From IMG/VR virus record IMGVR_UViG_2917855067_000007: a stretch of DNA of 53,826 nt; one strand, 5' to 3'. This document shows, one piece after another, positions 20,514 through 35,292 of this stretch (the stretch's first letter is position 1; each line of letters begins with the position of its first letter). This stretch comes from a virus (taxonomy: Duplodnaviria > Heunggongvirae > Uroviricota > Caudoviricetes). Below the pieces are notes generated by a model. It was given only the letters and a program-made list of their open reading frames with translations, searched no databases and was not told the DNA's origin. Both the position numbers and the translations under genes were made by a program.

Positions 20514-23071
20514 CGTCCACCTCCGGAGAACAGACCACCATCACGCATCTGCCCGGTCACAACATCCATTGCCGCCTTACGGGCTACGTCATAAACCGCC
20601 TTCAGCGCCTGTGGCCCTATCTGACCGTTCGTGCCGTCGTTGTTAATCACCACATGGTTATTCTGCTCAAACTTCCCGGACGCCTGTGACCGGCTGTCCG
20701 CCATGCTGCCCGGTGTACCGACATAACCGCCGGTGGCATAGCCGCGCATCAGCCGGTAGAGATTCCCCACGCCAATCCGGCTGGTTGCCTCCTTCGTGAA
20801 GACAAATTCACCACGGTGAACAATCCCGGCAGGCTCATATTTGCCACCGGTTCCCGTAAATCCCCCGGTCGCAAAATGGAATTTTGCCGCAGCAGCCTGA
20901 ATGGCTGTACCGCCTGACACTGATGCGCCACCACCGGCAGCACCGCCAATGGCGCTGCCGATACTCCCGACAATCCCCACCATTGCCTGCTTAAGCAGAA
21001 TTTCTGTCATCATGGACAGCACGGAACGGGTGAAGCTGCGCCAGTTCTGTTCACTGCCGGTCAGCATCGCCGCCATATTCTGTGCAATACCATCAAAGGT
21101 CTGCGTGGCAGCACTTTTAACCTGCGACATACTGTCCGTGGCGCTCTCTTCCCACTCACTCCAGCCGGACTTGAGGCCTGCCATCCAGCTCCCGCGAAGC
21201 TGGTCTTCAGCCACCCAGGTCTTTTTCTGCTCTGACATGACGTTATTCAGCGCCAGAGGATTATCGCCATACTGTTCCTTCAGGCGCTGTTCCGTGGCTT
21301 CCCGTTCTGCCTGCCGGTCAGTCAGCCCCCGGTTTTTCGCCTCAATGGCTGCCCGTTTTGCCCGTTGCTGCTGTGCAAATTTATCCGCCTGCTGCGCCAG
21401 CGTGTTCAGGCGCTCCTGATACGTAACCTTGTCACCAAGTGCAGCCAGCTGGCGTTTGTACTCCAGCGTCTCGTCTTTATGCGCCAGCAGGGATTTCTCC
21501 TGTGCAGACAGCTGGCGACGTTGCGCCGCCTCCTCCAGTACCGCGAACTGACTCTCCGCCTTCCACAAATCCCGGCGCTGCTGGCTGATTTTCTCATTTG
21601 CTCCGGCATGCTTCTCCAGCGTCCGGAGTTCTGCCTGAAGCGTCAGCAGGGCAGCATGAGCACTGTCTTCCTGACGATCGCCCGCAGACACCCTCACGCC
21701 GGACTGTTTCGGCTTTTTCAGCGTCGATTCATAATCCTTTTTCGCCGCTGCCATCAGCGTGTTGTAATCTGCCTGCAGGATTTTTCCGTCTTTCAGTGCC
21801 TTGTTCAGTTCTTCCTGACGGGCGGTATATTTCTCCAGCGGCGTCTGCAGCCGTTCGTAAGCCTTCTGCGCCTCTTCGGTATATTTCAGCCGTGACGCTT
21901 CGGTATCGCTCTGCTGCTGCGCATTTTTGTCCTGTTGAGTCTGCTGCTCAGCCTTCTTTCGGGCGGCTTCAAGCGCAAGACGGGCCTTTTCACGATCATC
22001 CCAGTAACGCGCCCGCGCTTCATCGTTAACGAAATAATCATCCTTGCGCAGATTCCAGATGTCGTCTGCTTTCTTAAACGCAGCCTCTGCCTTAATCAGC
22101 ATCTCCTGAGCGGTATCAGGACGACCAATATCCAGCACCGCATCCCACATGGATTTGAATGCCAGTGCTGTCCTGTCTGCCCAGGTCACCAGCGTGCCCA
22201 TGTTCTCTTTCAGGCGGCGGGTCTGGTCATCAAACCCTTTCGTTGCGGCCTCGTTCGCCGCCTGCAATGCTCCGGCTTCATCGCCGGAACGCTGCAACTG
22301 AGCAACATACGCAATCTGCTCCGCCGTCACGTTATGGAACTGGCGCGCCATCGCCGTCAGCCCCGACGTCGGGTCTGTGGTCAGCTTCCCGAAGGCTTCA
22401 GCGACCTTGTCCACCTCCACGCCGGATGCAGAGGAGAAACGCGCCACACTCTGGCTGATGGATGCAATCTGAGCCTCACCGCTTACCCCCGCCTTAACCA
22501 GTGCGCTGAGTGACTCGCTGGTCTGGTTAAACGTCAGCCCTGCCGCCTGCCCGGCTCTGGACAGGACCAGCATACGATCTGCCGTCAGTCCCGCCTGATT
22601 ACCGGAAAGGACCAGCGTTTTGTTGAAATCGGACAGGGTTGAGTTACCCTGATACCAGGCATACGCCAGCGCACCGGTCGCCACCGCCAGCGAGGTGGCC
22701 CCGACCATCGGCAGGGTGATCGCACCGGCAAGCCCCCTGAACATGGGGATCATCCCGCCGAAGGAGTCCTTCACCTGACCACCCTGTTGCAGCAGGATCA
22801 GCCACGGACTTTGCCCGCCTGCAAGCTGCGTGGCCACGTCGGTGAACTGCGCAGGCAGCATACGCATGGCGGCTTTATACTGCCCGACGGAAATCCCCGC
22901 TTTCTGTGCAGCCAGCGCCTGTCGGCTCAGCGACTGTTCAACAACTGCCGCTGTTTTTTTCGCATCACTTTCCGTACCGGAAAAATGACGCCTGACTCTG
23001 GCCATCTGCTCGTCAAATCTGGCCGCATCCAGACTTAAATCAACGACCAGATCGCCTAGCGGTTCAGCCAT
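20510..23071 (-). CDS. H: tail tape measure protein H
   Basis: 853 aa, lambda H-like. Confidence 0.95.
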   Translation of the reverse strand: MAEPLGDLVVDLSLDAARFDEQMARVRRHFSGTESDAKKTAAVVEQSLSRQALAAQKAGISVGQYKAAMRMLPAQFTDVATQLAGGQSPWLILLQQGGQVKDSFGGMIPMFRGLAGAITLPMVGATSLAVATGALAYAWYQGNSTLSDFNKTLVLSGNQAGLTADRMLVLSRAGQAAGLTFNQTSESLSALVKAGVSGEAQIASISQSVARFSSASGVEVDKVAEAFGKLTTDPTSGLTAMARQFHNVTAEQIAYVAQLQRSGDEAGALQAANEAATKGFDDQTRRLKENMGTLVTWADRTALAFKSMWDAVLDIGRPDTAQEMLIKAEAAFKKADDIWNLRKDDYFVNDEARARYWDDREKARLALEAARKKAEQQTQQDKNAQQQSDTEASRLKYTEEAQKAYERLQTPLEKYTARQEELNKALKDGKILQADYNTLMAAAKKDYESTLKKPKQSGVRVSAGDRQEDSAHAALLTLQAELRTLEKHAGANEKISQQRRDLWKAESQFAVLEEAAQRRQLSAQEKSLLAHKDETLEYKRQLAALGDKVTYQERLNTLAQQADKFAQQQRAKRAAIEAKNRGLTDRQAEREATEQRLKEQYGDNPLALNNVMSEQKKTWVAEDQLRGSWMAGLKSGWSEWEESATDSMSQVKSAATQTFDGIAQNMAAMLTGSEQNWRSFTRSVLSMMTEILLKQAMVGIVGSIGSAIGGAAGGGASVSGGTAIQAAAAKFHFATGGFTGTGGKYEPAGIVHRGEFVFTKEATSRIGVGNLYRLMRGYATGGYVGTPGSMADSRSQASGKFEQNNHVVINNDGTNGQIGPQALKAVYDVARKAAMDVVTGQMRDGGLFSGGGR

Positions 23072-23902
23072 ACCGGACTCCTCCTGCGATCCCTTCTGAT
23101 ACTGTCATCAGCATTACGTCATCCTCCGTCATGTCCGCCACATCCGGGGAAGCGGGGATAACTTCATTCCCGTCCGGGCCAAAGCGGACGCCTCCGGCAA
23201 GCCCTGCCGCTTTCTGCATCAGCACATCATCTTCAGGCTCTTCGTCAGCCTCGCGCCGGTTCAGCAGACTGAAATCCAGCGGATGCATATCCGGATCGCT
23301 GAAAAACAGGCTGAGCACGGTATATGTCAGCCCGGAAAAGTGCATATCCAGCAGAACATCATGAAAATAATGGGTACTGTAAAAGCGGTGCCAGTCGGCA
23401 TACTCCGTGGATGACATCCCGGCAAGCATGGCACGCCAGTCGGGTCGCCCCATCTCGCGCGCCAGTTTCAGGGCAAAACTCAGCTCACCGTCGAACACTT
23501 TCCCGCAGAAACAGGCTCTGCAGGCCCGGCGTCATCTGCCTGTTCAGGAGCATCATTCACCACAAACTCATACATTCCGGACAGCCGGTACACCACGTTT
23601 TCAGCATGAGAAATTGCCTCCGTGGGCCAGGTGGTAAGCACTTCCTGCTCAATCTGTTTAACGGCTTCATTCATGGACGGCATCTGCGTCTTCTTCGGAT
23701 GGTTATGCCACAGGGACATCGCCACCACAAAAGCGCCGGTTCTGATGGCGTCTTCCACAGTAAACCTCCGGTTGCTGTCTGACTCCGCCTGTTCTGCCTG
23801 CCGTTTCATCAGGGCGAGATGCTCAATACGCTGCAGGGCTGACAGTTCAGAAAGCGTGACGGTCACGCCGTTATATTCAAATGATTCGGTTTTCAGGAAC
23901 AT
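23064..23902 (-). CDS. T: tail assembly chaperone GT, made by -1 programmed frameshift
   Basis: T frame (23064-23498) overlaps the G 3' end; heptamer GGGAAAG on the minus strand at 23498-23504. Confidence 0.8.
23480..23902 (-). CDS. G: tail assembly chaperone G
   Basis: 140 aa, lambda G-like; slippery site just before its stop. Confidence 0.9.
   Translation of the reverse strand: MFLKTESFEYNGVTVTLSELSALQRIEHLALMKRQAEQAESDSNRRFTVEDAIRTGAFVVAMSLWHNHPKKTQMPSMNEAVKQIEQEVLTTWPTEAISHAENVVYRLSGMYEFVVNDAPEQADDAGPAEPVSAGKCSTVS
23498..23504 (-). other. G/GT -1 frameshift slippery heptamer
   Basis: plus-strand ctttccc is the reverse complement of GGGAAAG, at the G/T frame overlap. Confidence 0.75.
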
Positions 23903-23917
23903 CGCTGACTCTCCGGA

Positions 23918-24658
23918 TTAACTGGCGGTGACGGTGATTTCTGCAACCGCAGCAAACTCACCATTACCGGATACAACCGGAATGTTGACCTTGCCTGCAG
24001 CAACGCCGTTCACGGTGATGGTCATACCGCTGACCGACACGGTGGCTTTTGTTTTATCCGCAGACACCGCACGGAAGCTCTTGTCGGTTGCGCCTTCCGG
24101 CTGGAATGCCACGGTCAGCGTGGTGCTCTGCCCTTTCACTACGGAAGCACTGGCTGGCGTTACCGTCATGCCGGTGGCCGCCGTCACCGTGCTGCGATCT
24201 TCTGCCATCGACGGGCGTCCCACATTGGTGACCTTCACCGTGCGGGTAATCACTTCCTTCGCCGTCACCGCCTTACCGATACTGCTGACCCAGCCACGGA
24301 ACACATCGACCGTGCCGTTCGGGAAGCGGATTTTATAGGCACGGGTATCACCTTCATTAAACCACGCCAGCAGCGCCTGCTGCCCCTGCTCTCCGGGCAT
24401 CCACGCCAGCGTGAAGCTGGTATCTCCGGCTGATTTCTGCCCCTGCCCGGTGGCAGTCCAGTCCGCATCTTCATCATCGAGATAGCTGTCGTCATAGGAC
24501 TCAGCGGTCAGTTCGCCGGGCGTCAAGTCTTTAACTTTTGCCAGACGCGACCAGTCAACGTCTGAAAGCGGGTTCGCATAAGGGTCACCGTTCCCCTTAT
24601 AAACCCACAGTGTGGTCCCGGCACCTTTCACCGGCATTACTGGATTTGGTACAGGCAT
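23918..24658 (-). CDS. V: major tail protein V
   Basis: starts [22 protein letters not shown]; C-terminal Ig-like domain. Confidence 0.95.
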   Translation of the reverse strand: MPVPNPVMPVKGAGTTLWVYKGNGDPYANPLSDVDWSRLAKVKDLTPGELTAESYDDSYLDDEDADWTATGQGQKSAGDTSFTLAWMPGEQGQQALLAWFNEGDTRAYKIRFPNGTVDVFRGWVSSIGKAVTAKEVITRTVKVTNVGRPSMAEDRSTVTAATGMTVTPASASVVKGQSTTLTVAFQPEGATDKSFRAVSADKTKATVSVSGMTITVNGVAAGKVNIPVVSGNGEFAAVAEITVTAS

Positions 24659-24665
24659 ATCGTCC

Positions 24666-25061
24666 TCACATTTCATAGGTAATGACATAAGTCAGATCGG
24701 CTGAACTCCACAGGCCCGCATCATCGTCGCGTCGGTAGTCATAGCCACTGGCCACCATACTGGTGATCAAATCTGACAGTGCCGGGATATCGCTCATCAC
24801 CGGATAAATCCGGGACTCCATCCACGAATCCAGCTCTGAATCCGGCACCTGAGCAGGCAGGAAAACTTCAATATGCAGCTCCGCCTGCCAGGTATCGCTG
24901 TCCAGCTCTTCGCCCGTGTATTCAGCGCCGGTGAGATAAACGGCAATTGCCGGAAAATCTTCCTCATCAAAAACAGCGGGGCGACCATCAAAAAGCGTCG
25001 CCCCGGTGTCATGCTTCTCCAGTGCATCCAGTACGGCTGCACGGAGTTCAGTATGTTTCAT
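24666..25061 (-). CDS. U: tail terminator protein U
   Basis: 131 aa, lambda U-like. Confidence 0.95.
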   Translation of the reverse strand: MKHTELRAAVLDALEKHDTGATLFDGRPAVFDEEDFPAIAVYLTGAEYTGEELDSDTWQAELHIEVFLPAQVPDSELDSWMESRIYPVMSDIPALSDLITSMVASGYDYRRDDDAGLWSSADLTYVITYEM

Positions 25062-25636
25062 CGCTTTATTACCATTCTCAGTTGATGCTGCAGCGCATAG
25101 CCCAGCTCTTTCGGAAGACGCTCACGCCGTATCCGTTCAATATTCTGTTTAAACGCCGTGGTCAGTGGCACCGCCATCGGGATTTTCACCACATCAATGG
25201 GGTAACGTTTTTTCCCGGCCACACGCTGCATGACATGCCACCGGCCATTTTTCAGTTGCTGAATAAACGCGCCGGGAATACGACGGTTTCCCACCACAAG
25301 CACGCTGCCGCCACCTTTCAGGGATGAACGCTGCCCCTTTTTACGACGCCTGCGTCGGGACAGGATAACCCGCGCGTTACCCAGCCTGATTACGGGCAAA
25401 TCCCCCCGGTTAACCTTGATTCTGGCCTGCGGATTTTTAACCGTGGCCCTTTTCAGCCTGGCCCTTTCCTTTACCAGTTTCCGGCGTACCTTTGTCTCAC
25501 GGGCAACCTGTGACGCAGACTGCGATATCGCGGATGAAGCAACGCGGTTAATGGCCATTGCGGCACCACCAGGCACCGCCGTTTTGCTGATACGGCTGAG
25601 GTTTTCAACGGCCTGCTCAAGACCTTTTATGGCCAT
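25058..25636 (-). CDS. Z: tail completion protein Z
   Basis: 192 aa, lambda Z-like. Confidence 0.9.
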   Translation of the reverse strand: MAIKGLEQAVENLSRISKTAVPGGAAMAINRVASSAISQSASQVARETKVRRKLVKERARLKRATVKNPQARIKVNRGDLPVIRLGNARVILSRRRRRKKGQRSSLKGGGSVLVVGNRRIPGAFIQQLKNGRWHVMQRVAGKKRYPIDVVKIPMAVPLTTAFKQNIERIRRERLPKELGYALQHQLRMVIKR

Positions 25637-25647
25637 ACATCCCCCTT

Positions 25648-26001
25648 TCAGCGGCGACGGTTAACGGCAGGCGGTACGCCCCGTCCAAGCCAGAGATGAC
25701 AGCTTCCGCCATCATCCGGCGAAACCCGGTCTACCCAGAAATTTTCCTCACCGATGGTCAGCGTGTCTCCACGCCGCAGCTGCCGCACATCATCAGTCCG
25801 GACAAACAGGGACGGGCTGGAGCCTTCAACGCGCACGCCCTGTCCGGCATAGCTGATATTTTCAGGGTCATCAAAAACACCACGTATTACTGCGCCGAAC
25901 TGCTCACCGGATGTAATGGTGGCTGACGTTCCCATGTACCCGCGTATCGTTTCATCGGCGCGGGCAATGGCAGCATCGAACAGGTTATCGAAATCAGCCA
26001 C
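25648..26001 (-). CDS. FII: head-tail connector FII
   Basis: 117 aa, lambda FII-like. Confidence 0.9.
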   Translation of the reverse strand: MADFDNLFDAAIARADETIRGYMGTSATITSGEQFGAVIRGVFDDPENISYAGQGVRVEGSSPSLFVRTDDVRQLRRGDTLTIGEENFWVDRVSPDDGGSCHLWLGRGVPPAVNRRR

Positions 26002-26012
26002 AGCGCCTCCCG

Positions 26013-26408
26013 TTATTGCATTCTGGCCAGGCCACGTTCTGTCATTTCGGCTGCCACACCGGCAGAGACACGAAACGCCGTTCCCGGCAGCACAAATGCC
26101 ACAGGTTCATCCCGCGTGGCGTGAAGTGCATCGGTATGCAGCGTCACCAGTGCCACGACCGTGACCAGTTCAGCCGTATCAATCACGGTGTCCGGCTGCG
26201 CTGATACCACCTCATTTTCATGCCCGGTCAGCACATTTTCCGGGCTGAGAGGGGTGTCCTGACCGGCAGTGTCATCCGTGTCATCAAGCTCCTCTTCCAG
26301 CTCTGCCACACGGAGCGCCAGTTCTTCTTTCGTCCCCGTCAGGCTGACATCACGATTCAGTTGTTCACCCAGCGAGCGGAGACGCGCAATCAGTTCATCT
26401 TTCGTCAT
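26013..26408 (-). CDS. FI: DNA packaging protein FI
   Basis: real start at MTKDELIARLRSLGEQ; lambda FI-like. Confidence 0.9.
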   Translation of the reverse strand: MTKDELIARLRSLGEQLNRDVSLTGTKEELALRVAELEEELDDTDDTAGQDTPLSPENVLTGHENEVVSAQPDTVIDTAELVTVVALVTLHTDALHATRDEPVAFVLPGTAFRVSAGVAAEMTERGLARMQ

Positions 26409-26449
26409 GGACTCCTCCACAGAGAAACAATGGCCCCGAAGGGCCATGA

Positions 26450-27475
26450 TTACGCCAGTTGTACGGACACGAACTCATCAGGGTCAGCCAGCAGCATCAG
26501 CGGTGCTGACTGAATCATGGTGAACTCACGCGCCGGGTCGCCGGTGGTCACCCAGTTTTTCGGGTAACGGGCAGAGGCGTTAATGCCTTCTCGCTGTGCG
26601 TCCGCATCCTGAATACAGCCATAGGTACGCAGACCGCGTGCCTGAGTGTTCCCCAGCACCATCGTGTTGTCCGGCAGGAAGTTCTTTTTGACACCGTTTT
26701 CCACGTACTGTCCGGAATACACGACGATGGCAACATCGCCATACATCCCCTTATAGGACACCGCTTTGCCCAGGTCTTTTACCGCTGTCTCCAGCTCGGA
26801 ATGAGAGCCACGACGGGTATCCAGCTTCTCCTTGACGGCTTTGAAGGAACGGAACAGCGCCCAGCCTTTCGGATCAAACACGATGATATTCACCACACCG
26901 CTGGCGTTCAGCGCGTAGGCTTCGATATCGTCGGTCGGGTCATACGTGGACTTGTCACGCTTGCTCCACTCCGTGCCGCCGGACTGCGTGATGTTATTCG
27001 CCGCACTGCGGCCCATATCCACCTCAACCGGATCGAAGGCTTCACCGGTCATGGTGTATTTGCCCTTAAGCACGGCAGAAACTGCCTGCATCTCTTCGAC
27101 CTGGGCAATGGCCAGCTCTTCGTCACGCATGTTCTGCATGATGATGCGACGGCGACGGTAAGCCGGGTCCGCCAGATTCTGCGGATCTTCATCCGGCAGG
27201 CGACGCAGGGTCATCTGCGGATTCACTTCATGCTTGGGTTTGACATATCCCGGCGTAAATTCAGAGGTGGAGCCGCCACGGGAACGGATAACCTCACCGG
27301 AAACAATCGGCGAAACGTACAGCGCCATGTTTACCAGTCCCGGAATTTGTGAGAGATAGACTTTCTCCGTGGTGAAGGGATAGCTCTCACGGAAAAAGAG
27401 ACGCAGAAACAGCGGATCAAACTTAAATTTCTGCTCATTTGCCGCCAGCAGCTGGGCGGTTGTGTACATCGACAT
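26450..27475 (-). CDS. E: major capsid protein E
   Basis: starts MSMYTTAQLLAANEQKFKFDPLF; lambda E-like. Confidence 0.95.
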   Translation of the reverse strand: MSMYTTAQLLAANEQKFKFDPLFLRLFFRESYPFTTEKVYLSQIPGLVNMALYVSPIVSGEVIRSRGGSTSEFTPGYVKPKHEVNPQMTLRRLPDEDPQNLADPAYRRRRIIMQNMRDEELAIAQVEEMQAVSAVLKGKYTMTGEAFDPVEVDMGRSAANNITQSGGTEWSKRDKSTYDPTDDIEAYALNASGVVNIIVFDPKGWALFRSFKAVKEKLDTRRGSHSELETAVKDLGKAVSYKGMYGDVAIVVYSGQYVENGVKKNFLPDNTMVLGNTQARGLRTYGCIQDADAQREGINASARYPKNWVTTGDPAREFTMIQSAPLMLLADPDEFVSVQLA

Positions 27476-27530
27476 AAAAAAATCCCGTAAAAAAAGCCGC
27501 ACAGGCGGCCTTTAGTGATGAAGGGTCAGG

Positions 27531-27863
27531 TTAAACGATGCTGATTGCCGTTCCGGCAAACGAGGTCCGTTTTTTCGTCTCGTCGCTGGTAGCCTCCGGC
27601 CATAGCACATCCTCATAACGGAACGTGCCGGACTTGTAGAACGTCAGCGTGGTGCTGGTCTGGTCAGCAGCAACCGCAAGAATGCCAACGGCAGCACCGT
27701 CGGTGGTGCCATCCCACGCAACCAGCTTACGGGTGGCGGTGTCCAGCATCAGCGGGGTCATTGCAGGCGCTTTCGCACTCAATCCGCCGGGCGCGGTTGC
27801 GGTATGAGCCGGGTCACTGTTGCCCAGAGGCTGGTAATGGGTAAAGGTTTCTTTGCTCGTCAT
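27531..27863 (-). CDS. D: head decoration protein D
   Basis: starts [27 protein letters not shown]; lambda D-like. Confidence 0.95.
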   Translation of the reverse strand: MTSKETFTHYQPLGNSDPAHTATAPGGLSAKAPAMTPLMLDTATRKLVAWDGTTDGAAVGILAVAADQTSTTLTFYKSGTFRYEDVLWPEATSDETKKRTSFAGTAISIV

Positions 27864-27872
27864 AAACATCCC

Positions 27873-29172
27873 TTACACTGGTGTGTTCAGCAAATCGTTA
27901 ACGGCATCAGATGCCGGGTTACCTGCAGCCAGCGGTGCCGGTGCCCCCTGCATCAGACGATCCAGCGCAGTGTCACTGCGCGCCTGTGCACTCTGTGGTG
28001 CTGCGGCCAGAATGCGGCGGGCCGTTTCCACGGTCATTCCGGAAGTTTCTGCCAGCACGCGAGCCTGTTCTTCGCGTCCGTGAGCCTCCTCACAGTTGAG
28101 GATCCCCATAATGCGGCTGTTTTCTGCCGCAACCGCTGCGGTGATCTGCGCATTCACGTCCGGCTGCGCCGCGCTGGCGTTTTCGCCCTCCGTCGCGGGC
28201 ATCACGTCAGTAACGTCAGCCTGCGAAGCAGTGGCTGAAACAGTTGTTGATTGAGTCTCTTTGGTCATTCGCCCTCCTGAGAGACGGGATTTACGTGCAT
28301 CCAGTGCATCACGCATGACGGTGATCGCATCGGTGCTGTTAACAAGTTCATCAGCCAGTCCGGCATCAATGGCCTCCTGACCGCTGTACACTGCAGCCTC
28401 GGTATCCAGCACAGCCTGCACAGACAGGCCGGTATATGCCGACACCTTCTGCGCAAACATCTGGCGGGTTGCGTCCATCCGGGACTGCAGTGTCTCCCGG
28501 ACGTCATCCGGAAGATGGCTGTAGGGGTTGCCATCCACCTTATGGCTGCCGCTGTAAATCAGCGTGATTTCCACACCCTGTTTCTCCAGCGCAGCACCGT
28601 AATTACTGTGAGCCATCATGACGCCGATGGAGCCTGTCCGGGCGGTCTGCGTGACCAGACGCCGGGAGGCGGCACTGGCAAGCAGCTGACCTGCACTGCA
28701 GTTCATATCGTTGGCCAGCGCCCATACCGGTTTTATGTCACGCACACGGGCAATGATGTCAGCGCAGTCAAATGCTCCCGCCACCATTCCGCCTGGCGTG
28801 TCCATATCGAGCAGAATGCCGTCCACCATCGGGTCGCTGGCAGCCTGTTGCAGACGGGCGATAATGCCGTTGTAACCGGTCATCCCCGAATACGGCTGCA
28901 GCGCCCGCGTCCGGCTGACCAGCGTGCCGGACACCGGCAGCACGGCGATGCCGTTCATGACCTGATAACTGCGGGCCTGTCGTGGTCCGTCATCATCACC
29001 GGATAATGCCAGCGTCGCGAGTGCCTCCTGGGCAGTCAGGCTGTCGCCGGACACCGCATCCGTCAGGCGGCTGATCCCAAGCTGGCCTGCAAGCGCACAA
29101 AAGAAAACCCGCGCATAGGCGGGTTCAAGCATCAGCGGCTCATTAAAGGCCATACTGGCAATATGCGGGAGA

Positions 29173-29192
<20 letters not shown>
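27873..29192 (-). CDS. C: capsid assembly protease C, with nested scaffold Nu3 in its 3' part
   Basis: GTG start at VTAELRNLPHIASMAF; S49/ClpP-like domain; 5' end overlaps B. Confidence 0.9.
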
Positions 29193-32873
<3,681 letters not shown>

Positions 32874-32899
<26 letters not shown>

Positions 32900-33419
32900 T
32901 CAGCAACCCCGGTATCAGATCATCCAGCGCGGCTGCTTTGTTCATGGCTTTGATGATATCCCGTTTCAGGAAATCAACATGTCGGTTTTCCAGTTCCGGA
33001 AAACGCCGCTGCACCGACAGGGGGATCCCGTCGAGAATACTGGCAATTTCACCTGCGATCCGCGACAGCACGAAAGTACAGAATGCGGTTTCCACCACTT
33101 CAGCGGAGTCTCTGGCATTCTTCAGCTCCTGTGCGTCGGCCTGCGCACGCGTAAGTCGATGGCGTTCGTACTCAATAGTCCCTGGCTGCAGATCTGTCTC
33201 GCTGGCCTGCCGCAGTTCTTCAACCTCCCGGCGCAGCTTTTCGTTCTCAATTTCAGCATCCCTTTCGGCATACCATTTTATGACGGTGGCAGAGTCATAA
33301 AGCACCTCATTACCCTTCCCACCGCCTCGCAGAACGGGCATTCCCTGCTCCTGCCAGTTCTGAATGGTACGGATACTCGCACCGAAAATTTCAGCCAGCT
33401 GCTTTTTGTTGACTTCCAT
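32874..33419 (-). CDS. Nu1: terminase small subunit Nu1
   Basis: 181 aa, starts MEVNKKQLAEIFGASIRTIQNWQEQGMP. Confidence 0.95.
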
Positions 33420-33429
33420 TGTTCATTCC

Positions 33430-33620
33430 ACGGACAAAAACAGAGAAAGGAAACGACAGAGGCCAAAAGGCCTGTTTTCAGCACCTGTCGTTTCCTTTCT
33501 TTTCAGGGGGTGTTTTAAATAAAAACATTAAGTTACGGAGAAGAAGAACGGAAACGCCTTAAACCGGAAAATTTTCATAAATAGCGAAAACCCGCGCGCC
33601 TTCCGCCCCGTAACGCTCAG
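33430..33620. other. cos region (cosB and cosN)
   Basis: reverse complement matches the remembered lambda left end (aaataaaaacattaagtta...cataaatagcgaaaacccgcg); the 12 nt at 33597-33608 (cgccttccgccc) differ from lambda cosN. Confidence 0.7.
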
Positions 33621-33657
33621 GATCACCGGAAAGGACCCGTAAGACAGAAGATCAGGT

Positions 33658-33867
33658 TTACCTACTGTGTAAATCTCCATCCTTCAGCCCTGTCATCAGC
33701 GCCTGATTAACTAACGGCATCAGTTCGTGAACGATGGCAAGAAACTCCAGGAAAAGTTCGTTCTGAGCCTTCTCATCTGCCTCAACCTGTCGCTGCTCGT
33801 ATTCCTTCACCTTACTTTCAAGTTGGTTAATACGTGCATTGAGTGCCTCGAAAACAGCTACTGACAT
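33658..33867 (-). CDS. hypothetical small coiled-coil protein
   Basis: 69 aa from ATG at 33865-33867 (MSVAVFEALNARINQLESKVKEYEQ...). Confidence 0.3.
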   Translation of the reverse strand: MSVAVFEALNARINQLESKVKEYEQRQVEADEKAQNELFLEFLAIVHELMPLVNQALMTGLKDGDLHSR

Positions 33868-34246
33868 ATCTACCTCAAAGCAATAAAAGAAATGCGTGCG
33901 GCCACGGTCGCACAGACCTGAATACACGTCCTGTTTCTTCCACCCCCGCACAAGACTGGCGAGCATGAGGGACAAACCCGCGAATCATAACCGCGCTGAT
34001 GACAGGACTGGCCCGGCTTGTATTGCTTCCAGCCTTCGCTTATGTGGCTTTTGCAATATCCTGACGGATCTGTGGTGGTATTGCGGCAGCCGCGAACACG
34101 GCAGGTTTTTGGGGTTCGTGGGGGCATATGTACTCCAATGAAGAAGCCACCAACATAGCCTCCTCCATTCATCGTGAAACTATTTTCATCTACCCAGTAA
34201 TGAACTCTTTGAAGAGTTGTAATCAATACAACTCGCTAATGGAGAG

Positions 34247-34270
34247 GCTTGTCTCACACGTGAGACAAGC
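34247..34270. repeat. perfect 10 bp inverted repeat with 4 nt spacer
   Basis: gcttgtctca-cacg-tgagacaagc followed by T-rich tract on plus strand. Confidence 0.6.
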
Positions 34271-34349
34271 TTCCTGTTTGATTTACTGGACACTATAGAA
34301 GGACAGAATGCCTTCCTCACTCGAATCACATCAATTAAGGAGGTTCAAC

Positions 34350-34472
34350 ATGTTTCATTCCACAAGTCATCAGGCTGTAATTATGGCAGCATCAGTTTGT
34401 GCCACAGACCTTTTCCGCTTCACTTTGAGCCTGATTCATTTTTATCTGACCGGCTCGCCTCTATCTTTCTAA
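34350..34472 (+). CDS. 40 aa small protein with hydrophobic C-terminus
   Basis: perfect AAGGAGG 6 nt upstream of ATG; opposite strand to the late genes; not in ORF track (under length cutoff). Confidence 0.3.
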   Translation: MFHSTSHQAVIMAASVCATDLFRFTLSLIHFYLTGSPLSF

Positions 34473-34749
34473 TCCCCGCTTTATCCAAATTGTACTGCCA
34501 TAATGCCGACATTCTCTGCAATTGTTGGCTCCGTTTATCCGTTAAAAGGGATATCAGTTAAGTTATCCCGTGTAGGGTATAAGCCATTGTCGAGACCACT
34601 CATTGAATGGTCTCTGCAATAACCGATGTCTTTCCATCAGTCCGCCACCACAAAGAATCTTTTTTGCCATAAGGCTGGAGGTTCATCTTTCAGTGGCTGC
34701 CAGTGTTATTTCCCCACTTTCTGGCTTGGGTTGTTTCGTGGTACTGCCG

Positions 34750-35292
34750 TTAATTAGTGAGTCCGGGGATTACGGTTTGCCCGTGCTGTTCAAGGCGTTC
34801 AATTCTCGCCATTAGCTGAGGCTTCTTAATTTTTCCCCAGCGATTGAGCAGACGGCCAGACATGCTGGCGACATCCTTTTCTTTCATGTACTCCAGCATT
34901 ACGGCGTTTCGCTCTTCTTCAAATTGACGATGACCAACCTGAAGCATGGCGTACATCCAGTTGAATGCGTTGATGTAAGCAATTTTGATACGCATTGCTT
35001 CTTTTTTGGTGTAGGACATAACCAAAAGCATCAACCCATCCTTGCGGAGACGGTAGAATTTTTGCGGCTTACCATTCTGTAACTCATTGTTTTTATAGCA
35101 AAGCTCAAAGTTGAGCTTTGTATCAAACTCAGGAGGGCAAGCTTCTATGGTTCGTTCAATGTCACGAACTACGTTCTTCGGCAGCTTTCCAAATGCTTTT
35201 GCCACCATAAAAGAATCTGTAACCGGATCGTTGTTTGCCACAAAAATCAGATCTCGGAAATCGATGCCGTTAACGATAGTTGGATAATTCAT
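34750..35292 (-). CDS. rha: Rha-family phage regulatory protein
   Basis: 180 aa; N-terminal VTDSFMVAKAFGKLPKNVVRDIERT matches the Rha motif. Confidence 0.65.
   Translation of the reverse strand: MNYPTIVNGIDFRDLIFVANNDPVTDSFMVAKAFGKLPKNVVRDIERTIEACPPEFDTKLNFELCYKNNELQNGKPQKFYRLRKDGLMLLVMSYTKKEAMRIKIAYINAFNWMYAMLQVGHRQFEEERNAVMLEYMKEKDVASMSGRLLNRWGKIKKPQLMARIERLEQHGQTVIPGLTN

Noticed and set aside
20901-22513. Several 140-190 aa plus-strand ORFs antisense to H
   Set aside because: All sit within the conserved tape-measure gene, are Arg/Cys/Leu-rich and low-complexity; shadow frames.
33873-34226. 118 aa ORF with a Cys/His cluster, possibly an HNH endonuclease near cos
   Set aside because: Starts with TTG, has no clear ribosome-binding site, and the Cys/His spacing is not a confident HNH match; kept out of the feature list.
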